A stretch of 29,689 nucleotides of DNA from Malacoraja senta (GCA_038087875.1 JAXLNO010000030.1:62001-91689), one strand, 5' to 3'. Numbered from the stretch's first letter, positions 1 through 12,616 are shown. A program made the numbers and translations. Notes: generated by a model from the letters alone, not told the origin.

Positions 1-759
1 TGTGTAGCCATGTGTAACAATGTGTAACAATGTGCAACAATGTGCAACAATGTACATCAATGTGTAAATGTGCAACAATGTGTAGCCATGTGTAACAACG
101 TGTAACAATGTGCAACAATGTGCATCGATGTGTAAAAATATGCATCAATGTGTAGCAAAGTGTAACAATATGTAACAATGTGCAACAACGTGTAACAATG
201 TGCTACAATGTGTAACTATTTGGCACAATGTGTAACAATGTGCAACAATGTGCAACAATGTGCAACAGTGTGCAATAATGTGCAACAATGTGCAACAATG
301 TGCCTCAATGTGTAGCCGTGTGTAACAATGTGTAACAATGTGCAACAATGTGCAACAATGTACATCAATGTGTAAATGTGCAACAATGTGTAGCCATGTG
401 TAACAACGTGTAACAATGTGCAACAATGTACATCGATGTGTACAAATATGCATCAATGTGTAGCAATGTGTAACAATGTGTAACAATGTGCAAGAACGTG
501 TAACAATGTGCTACAATGTGTAACTATTTGGCACAATGTGTAACAATGTGCAACAATGTGCAACAATGTGCAACAGTATGCAACCATGTGCTACAACGTG
601 CAACAATATGTAACAATGTGTAGAAATGTGCAACAATGTGTAGCAATGTGCAACAATGTGCAACAATGTGCAACAATAAGCAACCATGTGCTACAATATG
701 CAACAATGTGCAACAATGTGTACTAATGTGCGACAATGTGTAACTATGTGTATCAATGT
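1..759. repeat. 10-bp satellite array (ACAATGTGCA/ACAATGTGTA), segment 1; continues beyond the window start
   Basis: Continuous 10-bp periodicity read directly; a ~308-bp higher-order duplication is marked by CTATTTGGCAC at 216 and 524. Confidence 0.97.
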
Positions 760-870
760 TCAAAGGTTCAAAGGGTTCAAAGGTTCTTTATTATTCACTT
801 ACACCAATTGGTGTAGCGAAATGCGGATTGCCATTGCAGCACATAAAAATGAAAACAACATAACAATAAT
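760..870 (-). mobile_element. 3' tail of GC-rich non-autonomous retro-like element, copy A (separated from its body by the CR1 insertion)
   Basis: Minus strand reads GTGCTGCAATGGCAA...palindrome TACACCAATTGGTGTA (800-815)...AATAAA (787-792)...(GAACCTTT)n-like tail; colinear with the 3' end of copy B (21030-21120). Confidence 0.8.
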
Positions 871-3057
871 AAACATAGAAACATAGAAACATAGAAAATT
901 TGTGCAGGAGTAGGCCATTTGGCCCTTTGAGCCTGCACCGCCATTCAATATGATCATGGCTGATCATCCAATTCAGTATCCTGTACCTGCTTTCTCTCCA
1001 TACCCCCTGATCCCTTTAGCCACAAGGGCCACATCTAACTCCCTCTTAAATATAGCCAATGAACTGGCCTCAACTACCTTCTGTGGCAGAGAGTTCCAGA
1101 GATTCACCACTCTCTGTGTGAAAAATGTTTTCCTCATCTCGGTCCTAAAAGATTTCCCCCTTATCCTTAAACTGTGACCCCTTGTTCTGGACTTCCCCAA
1201 CATCGGGAACAATCTTCCTGCATCTAGCCTGTCCAACCCCTTAAGAATTTTGTACGTTTCTATAAGATCCCCCCTCAATCTTCTAAATTCTAGCGAATAC
1301 AAACCGAGTCTATCCAGTCTTTCTTCATATGAAAGTCCTGACATTCCAGGAATCAGTCTGGTGAACCTTCTCTGTACTCCCTCTATGGCAAGAATGTCTT
1401 TCCTCAGATTAGGAGACCAAAACTGTACGCAATACTCCAGGTGTGGTCTCACCAAGACCCTGTACAACTGCAGTAGAACCTCCCTGCTCCTATACTCAAA
1501 TCCTTTTGCTATGAATGCTAACACACCATTCGCCTTTTCACTGCCTGCTGCACCTGCATGCCTACTTTTAATGACTGGTGTACCATGACACCCAGGTCTC
1601 GTTGCATCTCCCCTTTTCCTAATCGGCCACCATTCAGATAATAGTCTACTTTCCTGTTTTTGCCACCAAAGTGGATAACCTCACATTTATCCACATTATA
1701 CTGCATCTGCCATACATTTGCCCACTCACCCAGCCTATCCAAATCACCTTCCAGCCTCCGACCATCCTCCTCACAGCTAACACTGCCCCCAAGGCTTCGT
1801 GTCATCCGCAAACTTGGAGATGTTGCATTCAATTTACCTAATACCACTTCCCGGCTAACCTGGATTTCACTCAGTTCCTCCATCTCATTTGACCCCCGGT
1901 CCCCTGTTATTTCCAGCAGATTATTTATGTCTTCCTTAGTGAAGACAGAACCAAAGTAGTTATTCAATTGGTCTGCCATGTCCTTGTTCCCCATGATCAA
2001 TTCACCTGTTTCTGACTGCAAGGGACCTACATTTGTTTTAACTAATCTTTTTCACTTCACATATCTATAAAAGCTTTTGCAGTCAGTTTTTATGTTCCCA
2101 GCCAGTTTTCTTTCATAATCTATTTTCCCTTTCCTAATTAAGCCATTTGTCCTCCTCTGCTGGACTCTGAATTTCTCCCAGTCCTCTGGTAGGCTGCTTT
2201 TTCTGGCTAATTTGTATGCTTCATCTTTTGTCTTGATACTATCCCTGATGCACTACTTTCCCTGATTTATTTTTTTGCCAAACTGGGATGAACAATTGTT
2301 GTAGTTCATCCATGCAGTCTTTAAATGCCTTCCATTGCATATCTACCATCAACCCATTAAGAATCAATTGCCAGTCTATCTTGGCCAATTCACTTCTCAT
2401 ACCCTCAAAGTTACCTTTCTTTAAGTTCAGGACCCTTGTTTCTGAATTAACAATGTCACTCTCCATCCTAATGAAGAACTCAACCATATTATGGTCACTC
2501 TTGCCCAAAGGGCCACGCACAACAAGATTGCTAACTAACCCTTCCTCATTACTCAATACCCAATCTAGAATAGCCTGCTCTCTCGTTGGTTCCTCTACAT
2601 GTTGGTTTAGAAAACTATCCCGCATATATTCCAAGAAATCCTCTTCCTCAGCACCCTTGCCAATTTGATTCACCCAATCTATATGTAGATTGAAGTCACC
2701 CATTATAACTGTTTTACCTTTGTTGCACGCATTTCTAATTTCCTGTTTGATGCCATCCCCAACTCCACTACTACTGTTAGGTGGCCTGTACACAACTCCC
2801 ACTAGCGTTTTCTGCCCCTTAGTGTTTCGCAGCTCTACCCATATCGATTCCACATCCTCCAAGCTAATGTCCTTCCTTTCTATTGCGTTAATCAGCTCTC
2901 TAACCAGCAATGCTACCCCACCTCCTTTCTCTTTCTGTCTATCCCTCCTGAATATTGAATATCCCTGTATGTTCAGCTCCCAGCCTTGGTTACCCTGGAG
3001 CCATGTCTCCGTGATCCCAACTATATCATAGTCATTAAAAGCTATCTGCACATTCAA
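871..3057 (-). mobile_element. CR1-clade LINE (elasmobranch HER1-like), 5'-truncated and internally deleted
   Basis: (TTTCTATG)n 3' tail at 871-896; ORF2 C-terminus LVRPHLEYCVQFWSP/LEFRRLRGDLIETYKI (973-1524); APE endonuclease motifs GITETWL, GVVYRPP, MGDFN, SDH (2239-3057); KFADDT read in an alternative frame near 1800-1812. Confidence 0.95.
973..3057 (-). pseudogene. Disrupted CR1 ORF2 (endonuclease plus RT C-terminal part; RT core deleted at ~1830; frameshifts near 2248, 1790 and 1530)
   Basis: ORFs 2239..3057, 1518..2021 and 973..1524 are successive ORF2 pieces; VVLGKLN joins directly to the xNISKFADDT region. Confidence 0.9.
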
Positions 3058-3817
3058 GAAATTTAAACATGAAAATCATCCCCCACAATGGTTCCCACTG
3101 TGAGGGAAGGCACAAAGTCCAGTCCCCATCGCCATGTCCACCCATAGTCGGACCTATTGAGGCCTATTGAGGCCTCTGCAGTCGCCTCCGCAGTCGCCTT
3201 TAGAGAGGCCCGACGTTCCAGGCTCTTCTCGCCGGATGATGGTGCTCCGGTGTCGGGAGAATCCTCACAGTGGCATGGGAAACCTGGAACGGCCGCTTCC
3301 TTGCCGCAGACTGCGGCTTCCGAAGCCGACAGGCTGCGCTGGATGGAGCTCCACCACTGGCGATCTTGGCGAGAGATCCCAGGCTCCCAATACAAAATTC
3401 AGCGCCACCGCCCGCGGCTGCCTGCTCCACAGACCGAAGCTCAGCGATGTTTTTATCGGTGGTCTCAGCATACCAGAGTTGCAGCGCGGCGACCCAGGCA
3501 AGGCATCCCCCACTCCGCGATGGCGCCCCAGCGCTGTGCCGCCGCCGAAGCCGAGGTTCTGGCCGGTCCCCTCAGGAAAATGCTGCTCCAGGCCTGCTGG
3601 TAGTCCGCGAGGATGGGTCGAAGGTGCTGCTTGGTGAAAAGCAGCCTCCCCGCCCAGGTAGGGACCCTGAAAAACAGTTTTCCCCTCCCCCCACCCCCCA
3701 TATAAAAAAAGACTAGAGCTCCAAAAACAAAACACTCAACTCACTAAAAATGAAAAAGAGGTGTAAAAATGGACAGCTGCAGGCTGGGCAGCCATACCCA
3801 TACCAGACGGCGCCCCC
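3058..3817 (-). mobile_element. Body and 5' end of GC-rich non-autonomous retro-like element, copy A
   Basis: Reverse complement starts GGGGGCGCCGTC and aligns colinearly with 20286-21020 (shared blocks TATGGCTGCC, GGGACCGGCCAG, GGCGGCGGCACAGCGCTG, GAGTGGG-GATGCC, CTTCATCATCCGGCGAGA-like, GGGAACCATTGTGGGGG). Confidence 0.85.
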
Positions 3818-5858
3818 AATGTGTAATAATGTGTAACAATGTGTAACAATGTGCAATAATATGTACCAATGTGTAGAAATGTGCAACAATGTGCAACATT
3901 GTGCAACAATGTGTAACAATGTGCAACAATGTGTAACAATGTGCAACAATGTGTAACAATGTGTTGCAATGCACTACAATGTGTAACTATGTGCAACAAT
4001 ATATAAGAATGTGTAACAGTCGGTGACAATGTGCAACATTGTGTAACAATGTGTAGCAACGTGCAACAATGTGCAACAATATGTAACTTACTTATACAAT
4101 GTGTAACAATGTGTACTACTGTGTAACAATGTGCAACAATGTGCAACAATGTGTAACAATGTGCAACATTGTGCAACAATGTGCAGCAATGTGCTACAAT
4201 GTGGAACAATGTAAAATAATGTGCGACTATGTGCAACAATGTGCAACAATGTGCAACACTGCAACAATGTGCAACAATGTGCAACATTGTGCAACTATGT
4301 GCTACAATATGCATCAATGTACATTAATGAGTAACAATGTGTAACAATGTGCAACAATATGTAAAAATGTGCAACAATGTGTAACAATCTGTAACAATGT
4401 AGAACTATGTGCAACAATGCATAACAATGTGTAACAATGTGCAACAATGTGTAAAAATGTGCAACAATGTGTAACAATCTTTAACAAAGAACTACAGTGT
4501 GTAACAATGTGCAAAAATGTGTAACTATGTGCTACAATGTGTAACAATGTGCAAAAATGTGTAATGATGTGTAACGATGAACGACAATGCGTGACATAAT
4601 GCAACAATATGTAACAATGTGCAACAATGTACAACAATGTGCAACAATGTACAACAATCTGCAGCAATGCGTAACAATGTGCAGCAATGCGTAACAATAT
4701 GCAACAATGTACTACAATGTGTAACCTTGTGTAACTATGTGGAACATTATGCAACAATGTGTAATAATGTGCAATAATGTGTAACAATGTGCAACACTGT
4801 GTAACAATATGGTACAATGTTTAACAATGTGCAACAATGTACTACAATGTGTAACATATGTAGCAATGTGCAATAATGTGCAACAATGTGCCCCAATGTG
4901 CGCCAATGTGCAACAATGTACAACAATGTGCGATAATGTGCAACAATGTGCAACAATGTTGCACAATGTGCTACAAAGTGCAAAAATGTGTAACAATGTA
5001 CAACAATGTGCTTAAATGTGCACAATGTGCCACAATTTGGAACAATGAGCAACCATGTACAACAATGTGCAGCAATGTGTAACAATGTGTAACAATGTGT
5101 AACAATGTGCAACCATGTACAACAATGTGCAACAAAGTGCAACAATGTGTAACAATTTGATACAATGTGTAGCACTGTGTAACAATGTGCAACGTTGTGT
5201 AACAATGTGCAACGTTGTGTAACAATGTGTAACAAAGTTTAATGGTGCGACAATGTGCAACAATGTGCAACAATGTGTAACAATGTGTAACTATGTGCTA
5301 CAATGTGTAACAATGTGCAGCAGTGTGTAACAATGTGTAATAAAGTGTAGCATTGTGCAACAATGTGTAACTTACTGATACAATGTGTAACAATGTGTAC
5401 CACTGTGTAACAATGTACAGCAATGTGCAACAATGTGCAACAATATGTAACAATGTGTAACGTTGTGCAACAATGTGCAACAATGTGCAACAATGTGCCA
5501 CAATGTGCAACAATTTGTAATAATGTGCAACCATTTACAACAATGTGCAACAATGTGTAACAATGTGCAACAATGTGTAACAATGTGTAACAATGTGTAA
5601 CAATGTGCAACAATGTACAACAATTTGTAGCAAGGTGCAACCATGTACAACAATGTGCAACAATGTGTAACAATGTGTAACAATGTGTATCAATGAGTAA
5701 TTATGTACAACTATGTGCAACAATGTGTAACAATGTGTTACAATGTGCAACTATGTGTACCAATGTGCAACAATGTGTAACAATATGTAACAATATGTAA
5801 CAATGCGTGACAATGTGCAACAATGTGCAACAAAGTGCAACAACATGTAACAATGCGC
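3818..5858. repeat. 10-bp satellite array, segment 2
   Basis: ACAATGTGYA tandem units with point variants. Confidence 0.97.
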
Positions 5859-6030
5859 GGACTTCCGGTGGCACTGTGGAGTAGGAGAGACTCGCGCCGA
5901 CTAGCTCCGTGAAAAAAACGCTGAAAACGGGGGAAAAAGAAGGGACCTACCTGCAGTAAATGGCACCGATTGTTTGCAGTAAGTTCATGACGTCTTCAGG
6001 CCCACGACACCGGCAGCATGTCGATTCAAC

Positions 6031-7050
6031 ATACCCCCCCCCCCCCCAAGGCAAGAAAAACCGGCAAGGGAAAATAGGTAGGCCCAACTGAAGCCTCGGC
6101 CTCAGTTTTAACAGCATCCCAAGAAGATATCTCAAAGAAGAAAAAGACAGATGTGGAAGAATTAAAAATCTTCCTTACACAGGAAATCTCTAATATAATG
6201 AAAGAAATTAAAAATCTTAAACAGGATCTGATTTCTTTTAAAGAGGAAATTAAAGATCAAATTAAAAAAAGAAGTTACAGCTTCTATACATGAAGTTCTG
6301 GAAGATTGGAAGTTAGACATGGAAGAAAATTTGAAACAAAATATTGAAGAAGTAATTGATAAACTGAATTCGATGGAATCTAAATTTGATTCTAAGTTGG
6401 AGCCTATCCTCCAGACATTAAATCAACACCAACAGGTTGTGACGGAATTAGAGGAAATTGCTGAGACGAGCACCGAAACTACAAATAAACTTATTGCCGA
6501 GAATAAACGCCTATCAAAGTTATTACATCAAATAACCGAAAAATGTATTGACTTGGAGGGACGACAGAGACGCCAGAATTTAAGAATCGTGGGCATCCAG
6601 GAAGGCAGAGAGGGGAATCGTGACCCCCGTGAATTTGCTGCAGATCTACCGAAAAAAGTCTTGAATTTGGATCAAGCACCACTACTTGCCTGAGCGCACA
6701 GAGTATCGAGACGTTGCCCAAGGGAGGGCGCCCCCCCAAGACAACTGATAGTGAAGGTGCAATATGACCATGTTTTGGATAATATGATGAAGATAATTAT
6801 TCAAAGCAGAAACCTCGTATTTGAAGGAGACAAGATCAGTATATTTAGAGATTATCCAGTGGAAGTCGCCAAGAAGAGAGCGCTGTTTACAGAAACAAGA
6901 AGAATACTTAAGAATATAAACAATTTGAGATATGGACTGTTATACCCTGCAACATTAAGAGTAACCTACGAGCGGAAGGAACATTTCTTCATCAAGCACA
7001 CAGAAGCACTTGAATTCGCCCAGAGCATCGTGAATAAGTCCGAAGATTGA
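6031..7050 (+). pseudogene. L1 ORF1 (coiled coil + RRM + CTD), disrupted
   Basis: LEGRQRRQNLRIVGIQEG motif; TGA at 6691-6693 followed in frame by AHRV (RAHR motif, CGA>TGA likely); C-terminal KISIFRDY...YGLLYPATLRV; upstream frameshift near 6265-6272 and TAG at 6075. The start position is approximate. Confidence 0.88.
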
Positions 7051-7856
7051 ATAATACCCTACACCCAACATTCACCTGAAGATATCAGACATTGTTACCC
7101 TGCAGAGAAGAAATGGAACTTTAAACTATTATACTTAAGAACTGTCCAAAATCTGCGATAAGAATTGGGCAATTAGATTGCTACTGATATATACTATTTA
7201 CATTTTAGTACTAATTTCTAACAACGATTACTAATTATGAATACTAATCAATACTAATTATTGTTAACTGGATCAACTCTGAATTAATTAATAGTATGAA
7301 ATATAAGTATAGTGTGATTCAGGTAATTTATTAATAAAAATTTAGGAAGTTATTTCTTTGATATTTTTGATTTTACTCTTTAATAATGTTTTTTTTTTTT
7401 TTAAATTGCAACTAACATTTCAATTGGAGACTAATAATTATTTCAATTATGGAATATAACTATTGTTTCCCTCCCCCCATAAATTGTTTTCATTGTAATT
7501 GAAACTTTTCTTTTAAGGAAAGTACGGAGCTAGTAATTATTTTTATTCACCAAAAGCTACGGAAGTCCTTAGATGCTTAGCCACACTAGGGTGGCTATCA
7601 CTAACTGCACTAACCATAGTTGTAGTTTTCTTCTTTTTCTACTCTTTACACGTTATTAATGCAACTTCTTTTTATCTTTTTTATCTTATGTTATATTATA
7701 TTTTGTATTTGGAATGGAATTATATATTGTATTTAGGGAGATATGTCCGGATGGAAAACCGACGGGACCTAAAATTCATCTACTTGATGTTTGGGTATAA
7801 GGTGGGGTTTAGTGTGCTGAGCCATCTGCTCTAACATAGACCACTTTAATCACAAG

Positions 7857-10800
7857 ATGCAAGACGTTAATAGGAAAATTGGGGGTGAAGGAATTAAATT
7901 CTGTAGTTGGAATGTTAAGGGAATTAATGAACCAATCAAGAGAGGTAAAGTATTAGCTCATTTAAAATCACTTAAAGCAGATATAATATTTCTCCAGGAA
8001 ACACATCTTAAAAAGGAAGCACAACATAGATTGAAAACAAAATGGATTGCTAAAGCGTATCACTCTTCATTCTCACATAAATCTAGAGGGGTTGCAATAT
8101 TAATTCATAAAGGTATACCCTTTAAACATATATCAACGATAGAAGATATTGAAGGCAGATATATTGTATTAGTAGGGGACTTATATTCAAAAAAAGTGAC
8201 TCTCCTTAATGTGTATGGACCAAATTTTGATAGCCCCCTGTTTTTTAAGAGAATACTTAACACTATCCCGGAATGTACACAACATAACTTAATTATTGGT
8301 GGAGACTTAAATTGTACACTGGATGCTTACTTGGATAGATCATCAACTCAAAGAAAATTAAAATCTCAGTCAAGTGAATTTCTAAATTCATATATTAATA
8401 CTACCAACATTAAGGATGTTTGGAGAATTGAAAATCCGTCTGGTCGAGAATACTCATTTTACTCACCAGTGCATAAAACTTACTCAAGGATAGACTATTT
8501 CGTAGTAGACTCTAAACTTATCCCATTTACCTATAACTCGCAATATCATAATATTATAATATCAGACCATGCTCCACTAACATTTATGATTAAACTAAAT
8601 GGAATGACCGAGACACAGTCACAATGGAGACTTAACCACCAAATCTTAAAAGAAAAACTATGTAATGAATATCTTGTAAAACAGATTAATATGTTTTTTG
8701 AGGCTAATGATAGCCCTGGAATCTCTGCCTCCCTTCTTTGGGAAACATTTAAAGCATTTGTGCGAGGAGCACTAATCTCTTCGCAATCATTTCTTAACAA
8801 AGAGAATAGGGCCAAACAACAGACTTTGGAAATGGAAATAAGGCAATTAGACATAGAAAATGCAATAGCACCATCTATGGCAAAACACAATAAAATTGCA
8901 GTACTGAAATATAAGTTAAACAAGATATACTCAGACCAAGTTATAAAACTATATCAACATACAAAACAATTAAACTTTGAATTTGGTGATAAACCACAAA
9001 AACTATATTGCGCGTCAACTTCGTAAACTGGACGGGGAAAAAACAATTTACAAAATTAGATCAGACAAAGGAGAAATATTAATACTGCCTAAAGATATTA
9101 ATGATAGATTTTTACAATACTATCAAAAACTGTACTCATCTAAAACGACAGAACAATCAGCAGGAATGGAAACATTTCTACAGAAATGTAACCATACAGG
9201 TTTAGATCAGAAAGAGAGAGAATCACTTGATGCAGAAATTATGGTAAAAGACATCGAAGAGTCAATTAGATCTTTAAAAAACAGAAAGCCCTCAGGTCCT
9301 GATGGTCTAAGCTCTGAATTTTATTTAAAAAATTACGATCTGATTTCTCCACGCCTACAGACACTATACAAATACGTTTATACTCAACAGAAACTCCCAG
9401 AAACTCTAAATGAATCTACAATCATACTTATACCAAAAACGGATAAGGATCCTGAAGACCCACGTTCATATAGAGCAATAGCTCTCTTAAATGCTGATCA
9501 AAAAATATTAACCAAAATCCAATCTCATAGAGTGAGCTTAGTGATTAACAAATTAATACACCCCGACCAAACTGGTTTTATTCCAAAAAGTTACTCATTT
9601 TATAATTTGAGAAGACTATTCAATATTATATATACAAATAGAATTGCTAATGCAGATCTAGCAATTATATCATTAGATGATGAAAAAGCATTTGACCAGG
9701 TAGAATGGTCATATTTATTTTCGGTAATGGAAAATTTTCAACTAGGAGAGGAGTACTGTACATGGATTAAACTGTTATACTCCAATCCAACAGCTAGAAT
9801 ATTAACAAACCAAATGTTATCAGCTAAATTTAATCTTTCTAGAGGTTGCAGACAAGGATGCTCACTATCCCCAATATTATTTGCTCTTGCAATTGAACCA
9901 TTAGCAGAAAGCGTTAGAACCCAACCAGGAATACACGGGTACAACACTAGAGATACAAGGAATACAATTTCCATATATGCAGATGATGTCACAAAGTTAG
10001 AAACTAGTATTCCAAATCTATTAAATCTAATAACTCAATTTGGTCAGTTCTCAGGATATAGAATTAACTGGAATAAAAATGAAATCATGCCAATAACAAA
10101 ATTCAATTTAAATACATTGCAACAATCCCCTTTTAAAATAGTTAAAGATAAACTTAAATATTTAGGAATCTATGTAACTAAGACATATACCTCTTTATTT
10201 AAACTAAACTTTCCACCCTTACTTAATAAATTACACAAGAATATTCAGTACTGGAAAACAATTCCCATTTCAATGCTTGGTAGAATTAATGCTATAAAAA
10301 TGATCTTCTTACCGCAACTATTGTACCTATTTCAATTAATTCCGATATATATCCCAAAAAACTTTTTCAAAAAAGTCAACTCCATTGTTACAAGCTTTAT
10401 TTGGGATTTTAAGAATCATAGAATAAGTAAAAAAACATTTATGTAAGTCAAAGAGCAACGGGGGTTTGGCTTTGCCAAATTTCTTATTTTATTTTTGGGC
10501 AGTCCATATTAAAAACATGAATTTCTGGCTGGAAGAAATGGATCAATATCCAGATTGGTTAAGGATGGAAAAGGAAGACTGTTTACCTTTTGAAATTGGT
10601 TCGATTATATTTGCTCCCACAAAATTGCATAAAAAAACCTATAAGGAAAACCCTATAATACATAGTGGAATAAGAATTTGGAAACAATTTAAAAAAAGCT
10701 TTAAAACTGAATGATATACCACTATGTCTTCCCATTGTAAATAATCCTTTATTCAAGCCATCCATATTGGATAGAGGTTTTATACAATGGAAAAATTATG

Positions 10801-11636
10801 GAATTAAAAAGATTGGACATCTTCATAGGGAAGGCATCTTTCTGTCATTTCAAGAGTTACAACAGAATTATGGACTACACTCAAATAATTTTTTCAGATA
10901 TCTACAAATTAGAGATTATGTTAAATCTAATACACAAGTATATAGGACTAGGGAACCAGAAATTCTTGATGAATGTTTGAATAAGCATCCTAACATTGAA
11001 AAATTAATAGCTTATATTTATAACACCCTCTTAAACAATGAGGTACCACCGATGGAACTATATAGACACACATGGGAAAATGAGTTAGGTCACTCTATAA
11101 CGAAAGACATTTGGGACAAAAGTTTACAACAAATACATCAATGCTCGTTAAATGCCAGACATGCTTTAATACAATTTAAAGTCTTACACAGATTACATTA
11201 CTCCAAAATAAAACTAAATAGAATCTTCCCACATATTTCTCCTATCTGTGATAAATGCCTACATCTAGATGCCAATTTAACACATACTTTTGCAAATTGT
11301 ATAAAAATCAAAAATATCTGGATTGATATTTTTGAAATAATTTCTGAAGTTGTTAATACTAAATTGGATCCAGACTCAAAATTAATAATACTTGGGATAT
11401 CAGAACAAAGTTTAACACTCACAACAAGCCAAAGAAACTTTCTTGACTACAGTATAATAACTGGGAAAAAAATAATATTAAAATTTTGGAAAGGTCCTAT
11501 AACCCCCACAATTAAAATGTGGATTGTGGAAATGTCGGAGACCCTACATCTAGAAAGAATTAGACTTGTCTTAATGGACAAACAAGAACTTTTTGCTAAA
11601 ATATGGGCTCCATTCATTAACTATTTGAAGGGATAG
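7857..11636 (+). pseudogene. L1 ORF2 (APE endonuclease, reverse transcriptase, C-terminal CCHC), frameshifted
   Basis: SWNVKG, FLQETH, GGDLN, SRIDYF, SDH (EN); PGPDG-like PSGPDG, YRAIALLN, KAFDQV, GCRQGCSLSP, YADD, KYLGI (RT); CDKC-x8-H-x4-C; three +1 frameshifts near 9005, 10430 and 10695. Confidence 0.95.
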
Positions 11637-11940
11637 ATGGGCCCAGCACGAAAACCCAACTGAAGCTTGAACTCAGGATTAGATGTAAAATTATATTTCA
11701 TAACCTACAAACTTATCTCCAATGACGTATTATAAGTAACTCATTCCACCTGGGGTGTTTTTTTTCGATATTTGTAATGCTTTTTTCTTTCTACCTCTCT
11801 TTTTCTATCTATATTTTAAAAAAAACACTAGAAGCAGAATTAATCGACAATTGACAATTTTAATAATGTATGATTGATGTATATGAAAAGTTTTTTTTCT
11901 ATTATAATATGTTACTATACTTTATAATATGTTTGCTTCT

Positions 11941-11946
11941 AATAAA
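11941..11946 (+). promoter_or_regulatory. Polyadenylation signal of the L1
   Basis: AATAAA ~10 nt upstream of the terminal A tract. Confidence 0.75.
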
Positions 11947-11965
11947 AATATTAATCAAAAAAAAA

Positions 11966-12616
11966 AACATGTAACAATGCGCAAATATTTGCAGCTCTGT
12001 GCAACACTGTGTAACAATATGTAACAATGTGCTACACGTTTTTTAACAATTTGTAGCAATCTGCAACAATGCGCAACAGTGTGCGAGGATGTGCAGCAAT
12101 GTATAACAATATTCATCAATGTGTAGCAATACGTAACAATGTGTAACAATATGTAACAATGTGTAATAATGTGTAACAATGTGCTACAATGTGCAGCAAT
12201 GTGTAGCAATGTGGAAGAATGTGTAACAATATGTAACACTGTGTAACAATATGCAACAGTGCAACAATGTGCGACAATGTGTAAAAATGTGCAACAATGT
12301 TCAACAATGTACAACAGTGTGCAACAATGTGTAACAATGCGCATCAATGTACAACAATGCATAGCAATGTGTAACAATGTGTAGCACAGTGTGACAATGT
12401 GCAACAATATGTAACAATGTGTAACAACGTGTATCAATGTGCAACATTGTGTAGCAATGTGTAACAGTGTGTAACACTGTGTAACAATGTGTATCAATGT
12501 GCAACAATGTACAATAATGTGTAACAATGTGCAACAATGTGCAACAATGTGCGACAATGTGTAACAATGTGCATCATTATGCGACAATGTGCAACAATGT
12601 GTAGCAATGTGTAACA
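11966..12616. repeat. 10-bp satellite array, segment 3
   Basis: ACAATGTGYA tandem units resume right after the L1 TSD. Confidence 0.95.

Larger units (their letters stand above)
5859..11965 (+). mobile_element. Full-length L1-clade LINE (~6.1 kb) with poly(A) tail and 17-bp target-site duplication
   Basis: Starts GGACTTCCGGTGGC; ORF1, AT-rich spacer, ORF2; AATAAA at 11941-11946 followed by an A tract; TSD AACATGTAACAATGCGC at 5842-5858 and 11966-11982. Confidence 0.96.

Noticed and set aside
3063..3735. Several overlapping 110-156 aa ORFs in the GC-rich element (also 20610-21052)
   Set aside because: No reading frame is preserved between copies A and B; open frames are expected at this GC content.
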